A stretch of DNA of 64,000 nucleotides. Source: Anaeramoeba ignava BMAN. Taxonomy: Eukaryota; Protista; Anaeramoebae. Numbering within the stretch: position 1 is the first letter of the stretch; every line of letters begins with the position of its first letter. A model generated the notes under the pieces. It had not been told where the DNA came from, did no database searches, and worked only from the letters and a program-made list of their open reading frames with translations. Position numbers and translations under genes: made by a program. Shown here piece after piece: positions 61,232-64,000 of this stretch. The stretch spans positions 620,001-684,000 of the forward strand of contig JAPDFW010000033.1 of assembly GCA_028826165.1 (NCBI GenBank), read 5' to 3'.

Positions 61232-63949
61232 TTAATTTTTTCTTTTTAAAATTAAATCAATAATTGAATTTTGATTTAATTGATAATAATCTTTTAAATC
61301 TGAAAATTCTTCAATTATTTTAAAATTAATTTCTTTTTCAAATTCATCATGATAAAGAAAATAAATTAATTGATTAATTGTTTCAAATGATTTTTGTGAA
61401 TAATCATGAACTTGATTAGATTTATCTTGAACATTTAATTGAAACATTCCTTTAAATAATTCACTTCGAATTATTAATATTAATTTATGAACTTTAATTT
61501 CTTTTTCTTTTGAAATAATTATTGTAAAATCTTTTGTTTCATTTTGTTGATATAATTTTGATAAATCTTTTATTATTCCTTTTCTTCCTTTTTTTGAATT
61601 AATCCATTTTGAATCAAATCCAATTTCTTTGAAAAAATTTATTGCTTTAATTTTATTTTCAATTTTCATTTTCATTTTCATTTTTATTTTCATTATTATT
61701 GAGATTATTTTTTGAATTGAAAAATTGATAAAATTGTTTAAAATCAAAAAATCCTGTATAAAGGAAATTAAGAATAAATTGAATATCTTCTTTTGATTTT
61801 TGTGAACAAATATTGTTGAATTTTTGTAAAATTGAATTATTATTATTATTATTAAATCTTGTTAATAATATTAATTTATGAATATTAAATTTAAAACCAT
61901 CTTTTGATTGAATTATTAAATCTGAAAAATTATCATTTGAATTTAATAAATTATTCATATCTTCATTAATTGAATAAATTTTTAAGAATGATTCAATAAA
62001 TTGATTTGTAATTTGTCTTTTTTTCAAATCAAAAATATTTGCATCATTCATTAATAATAATTCTATTAATTTTTCTTTTCTTCGAGAGATTAATATTGAA
62101 AGAGCAGTTGCATTATATTTTGTTTTTGAATTTATATCAATTCCATTTTCAATAAGATATTTAATAATTTTAGATGATGGATTTTGATTTTCACAAGCAA
62201 TATGTAAAGCGGTTTTATTTTCATTTGTTTTTGAATTAATATCAATTCCATTTTCAATAAGATATTTAATAATTTCAATGGAAATATTTTCATTTTCACA
62301 AGCAAAATGTAAAGCAGTTTCATTTTTATATTTTGTTTTTGAATTGATATCAATTCCATTTTCAATTAGATATTTAATAATTTCAAATGAAATATTTGGA
62401 TTTCGATTTTTACAAGCAAAATGTAAAGCTGTTTGATTATATTTTGTTTTTGAATTAATATCAATTCCATTTTCAATAAGATATTTAATAATTTCAATCG
62501 AAATATTTTGATTTTCACAAGCAAAATGTAAAGCTGGTTTGATTATATTTTGTTTTTGAATTGATATCAATTCCATTTTCAATAAGATATTTAATAATTT
62601 CAATTGATGGATTTTTATTTTCACAAGCAAAATGTAAAGCTGTTTGATTATATTTTGTTTTTGAATTGATATCAATTTCATTTTCAATAAGATATTTAAT
62701 AATTTTAATTGAGATATTTGGATTCTGGTGTTTAGAAACAAAATGTAAAGCAGTTTCTTTATCTTTTGTTTTTGAATTAATATCAATTCCTTTTTCAATA
62801 AGATATTTGATAATTTTAATTGATGGATTTTTATTTTCACAAGAAAAATGTAAGGCATTTTCATTTTGTTTTGTTTTTGAATTTATATCAATTCCTTTTT
62901 CAATAAGATATTTAATAATTTTAGATGATGTATTTCTATTTAGACAAGCAATATGTAAAGCTGTTTTATTTTGATTTGTTTTTGAATTAATATCAATTCC
63001 TTTTTCAATAAGATATTTGATAATTTCAATTTTTGGATCCTCATTTTCACAAGCATAATGTAAGGCAGTTTGGTTTCCAGCTTTTGTTTTTGAATTAATA
63101 TCAATTCTTTTTGAAATTAAAAATTTTATAATTTCAATTGATGAATGTACATTTTTACAAGCAATATGTAAAGGAGTTTCATTTTGTGTTGTTTTTATGT
63201 TTATATCAATTTTTTTTGAAATTAACAGTTTGATAATTTCAATGGAAATATTTTTATTTAGACAAGCAATATGTAAAGCTGTTTCATTGTAATAACTTGT
63301 TAAATTAACATCAATTCCTTTTTCAATAAGATATTTAATAATTTCGATTGATGGATTTTCATTTTGGCAAGCATAATGTAAAGCTGTTTGGTTTTGATAA
63401 GTACTTGTGTTTATATCAATTTTTTTGGAAATTAACAGTTTGATAATTTCAAATGAAGCGTTCTTGTTTTTGCAAGCATAATGCAAAGCTGTTTCATTAT
63501 AGTTTGTTTTTGAATTAATATCAATTCCTTTTTTAATAAGATATTTAATAATTTCAAATGATAAACTTGTATTTGTATTTTCACAAGAAATATGTAAAGC
63601 TGTTTCATTTTTCTTTGTTTTGAAGTTGATATTAATTTTTTTGGAAATCAATAATTTGATAATTTGTAATGATGGATTTTCATTTTCACAAGCTAAATGT
63701 AATGCAGTTTTATTTTCGATTTGTTTGAGAATTGATATTAATTCCTTTTTTGATTAATAATTCAATTATTTCTTTTTTTGAATTGTTTATAATTGCAATA
63801 TGTAATGAATTTCTTTTTAAATTATCAGTTAAATTTGGTTTTATTCCTTTTGAAATTAACAAATTAATCATTTCTTTTGAAACTTTGTTTTCAATAGCAA
63901 AATTTAAAATTGGTTTATTTTCTTTTTTTAATTTAATATTTTTATTCAT
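61232..63949 (-). pseudogene. Ankyrin-repeat + BTB gene with several frameshifts (near 63712, 62536, 61690); pseudogene or assembly errors
   Basis: Four ORF pieces colinear with the two downstream paralogs. Confidence 0.65.
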
Positions 63950-64000
63950 TTATAAATAAAAAAAAAAAAAATGAATTGAAAAATTAAATAAAAAATTGTT

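Noticed and set aside
55184-62974. Antisense and alternative-frame ORFs over the ankyrin repeats (and similar ones over RCC1/TLDc genes)
   Set aside because: Shadow ORFs caused by repeat periodicity and codon bias; no independent motifs.

Overview
Very AT-rich eukaryotic (protist) DNA with short GT-AG introns and tiny intergenic spacers, read with the standard genetic code. Nuclear inteins, a TCATTTT initiator-like motif and large BTB-adaptor expansions suggest an Anaeramoeba-like metamonad (inference). Contents in order: (1) the 3' part of an MROH1-like HEAT gene interrupted by a 443-aa LAGLIDADG-type intein; (2) DIM1; (3) a ~30 kb tandem array of 9 RCC1-BTB, 4 BTB-BACK-TLDc and 2 ankyrin-BTB genes, built from a repeated ~8 kb cassette, with variation concentrated in surface loops; (4) a 143-bp satellite; (5) single-copy genes (SIKE/FGFR1OP2-like, VPS2, VIT-vWA with a prokaryote-type CFI-box-CTERM tail, F-BAR-SH3, small Tim, PP2A-B55), several with introns filled by simple repeats; (6) a free-standing intein-like gene with no C-extein; (7) three intronless ankyrin-BTB genes. 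The main finding is absent from the ORF track: a 19-exon ankyrin-BTB gene (minus strand, 50387-47271). Each ankyrin repeat body is one 96-nt exon, and the variable beta-hairpin-tip residues are supplied by pairs of micro-exons (11 of 3 nt, 1 of 6 nt), all in phase 0.
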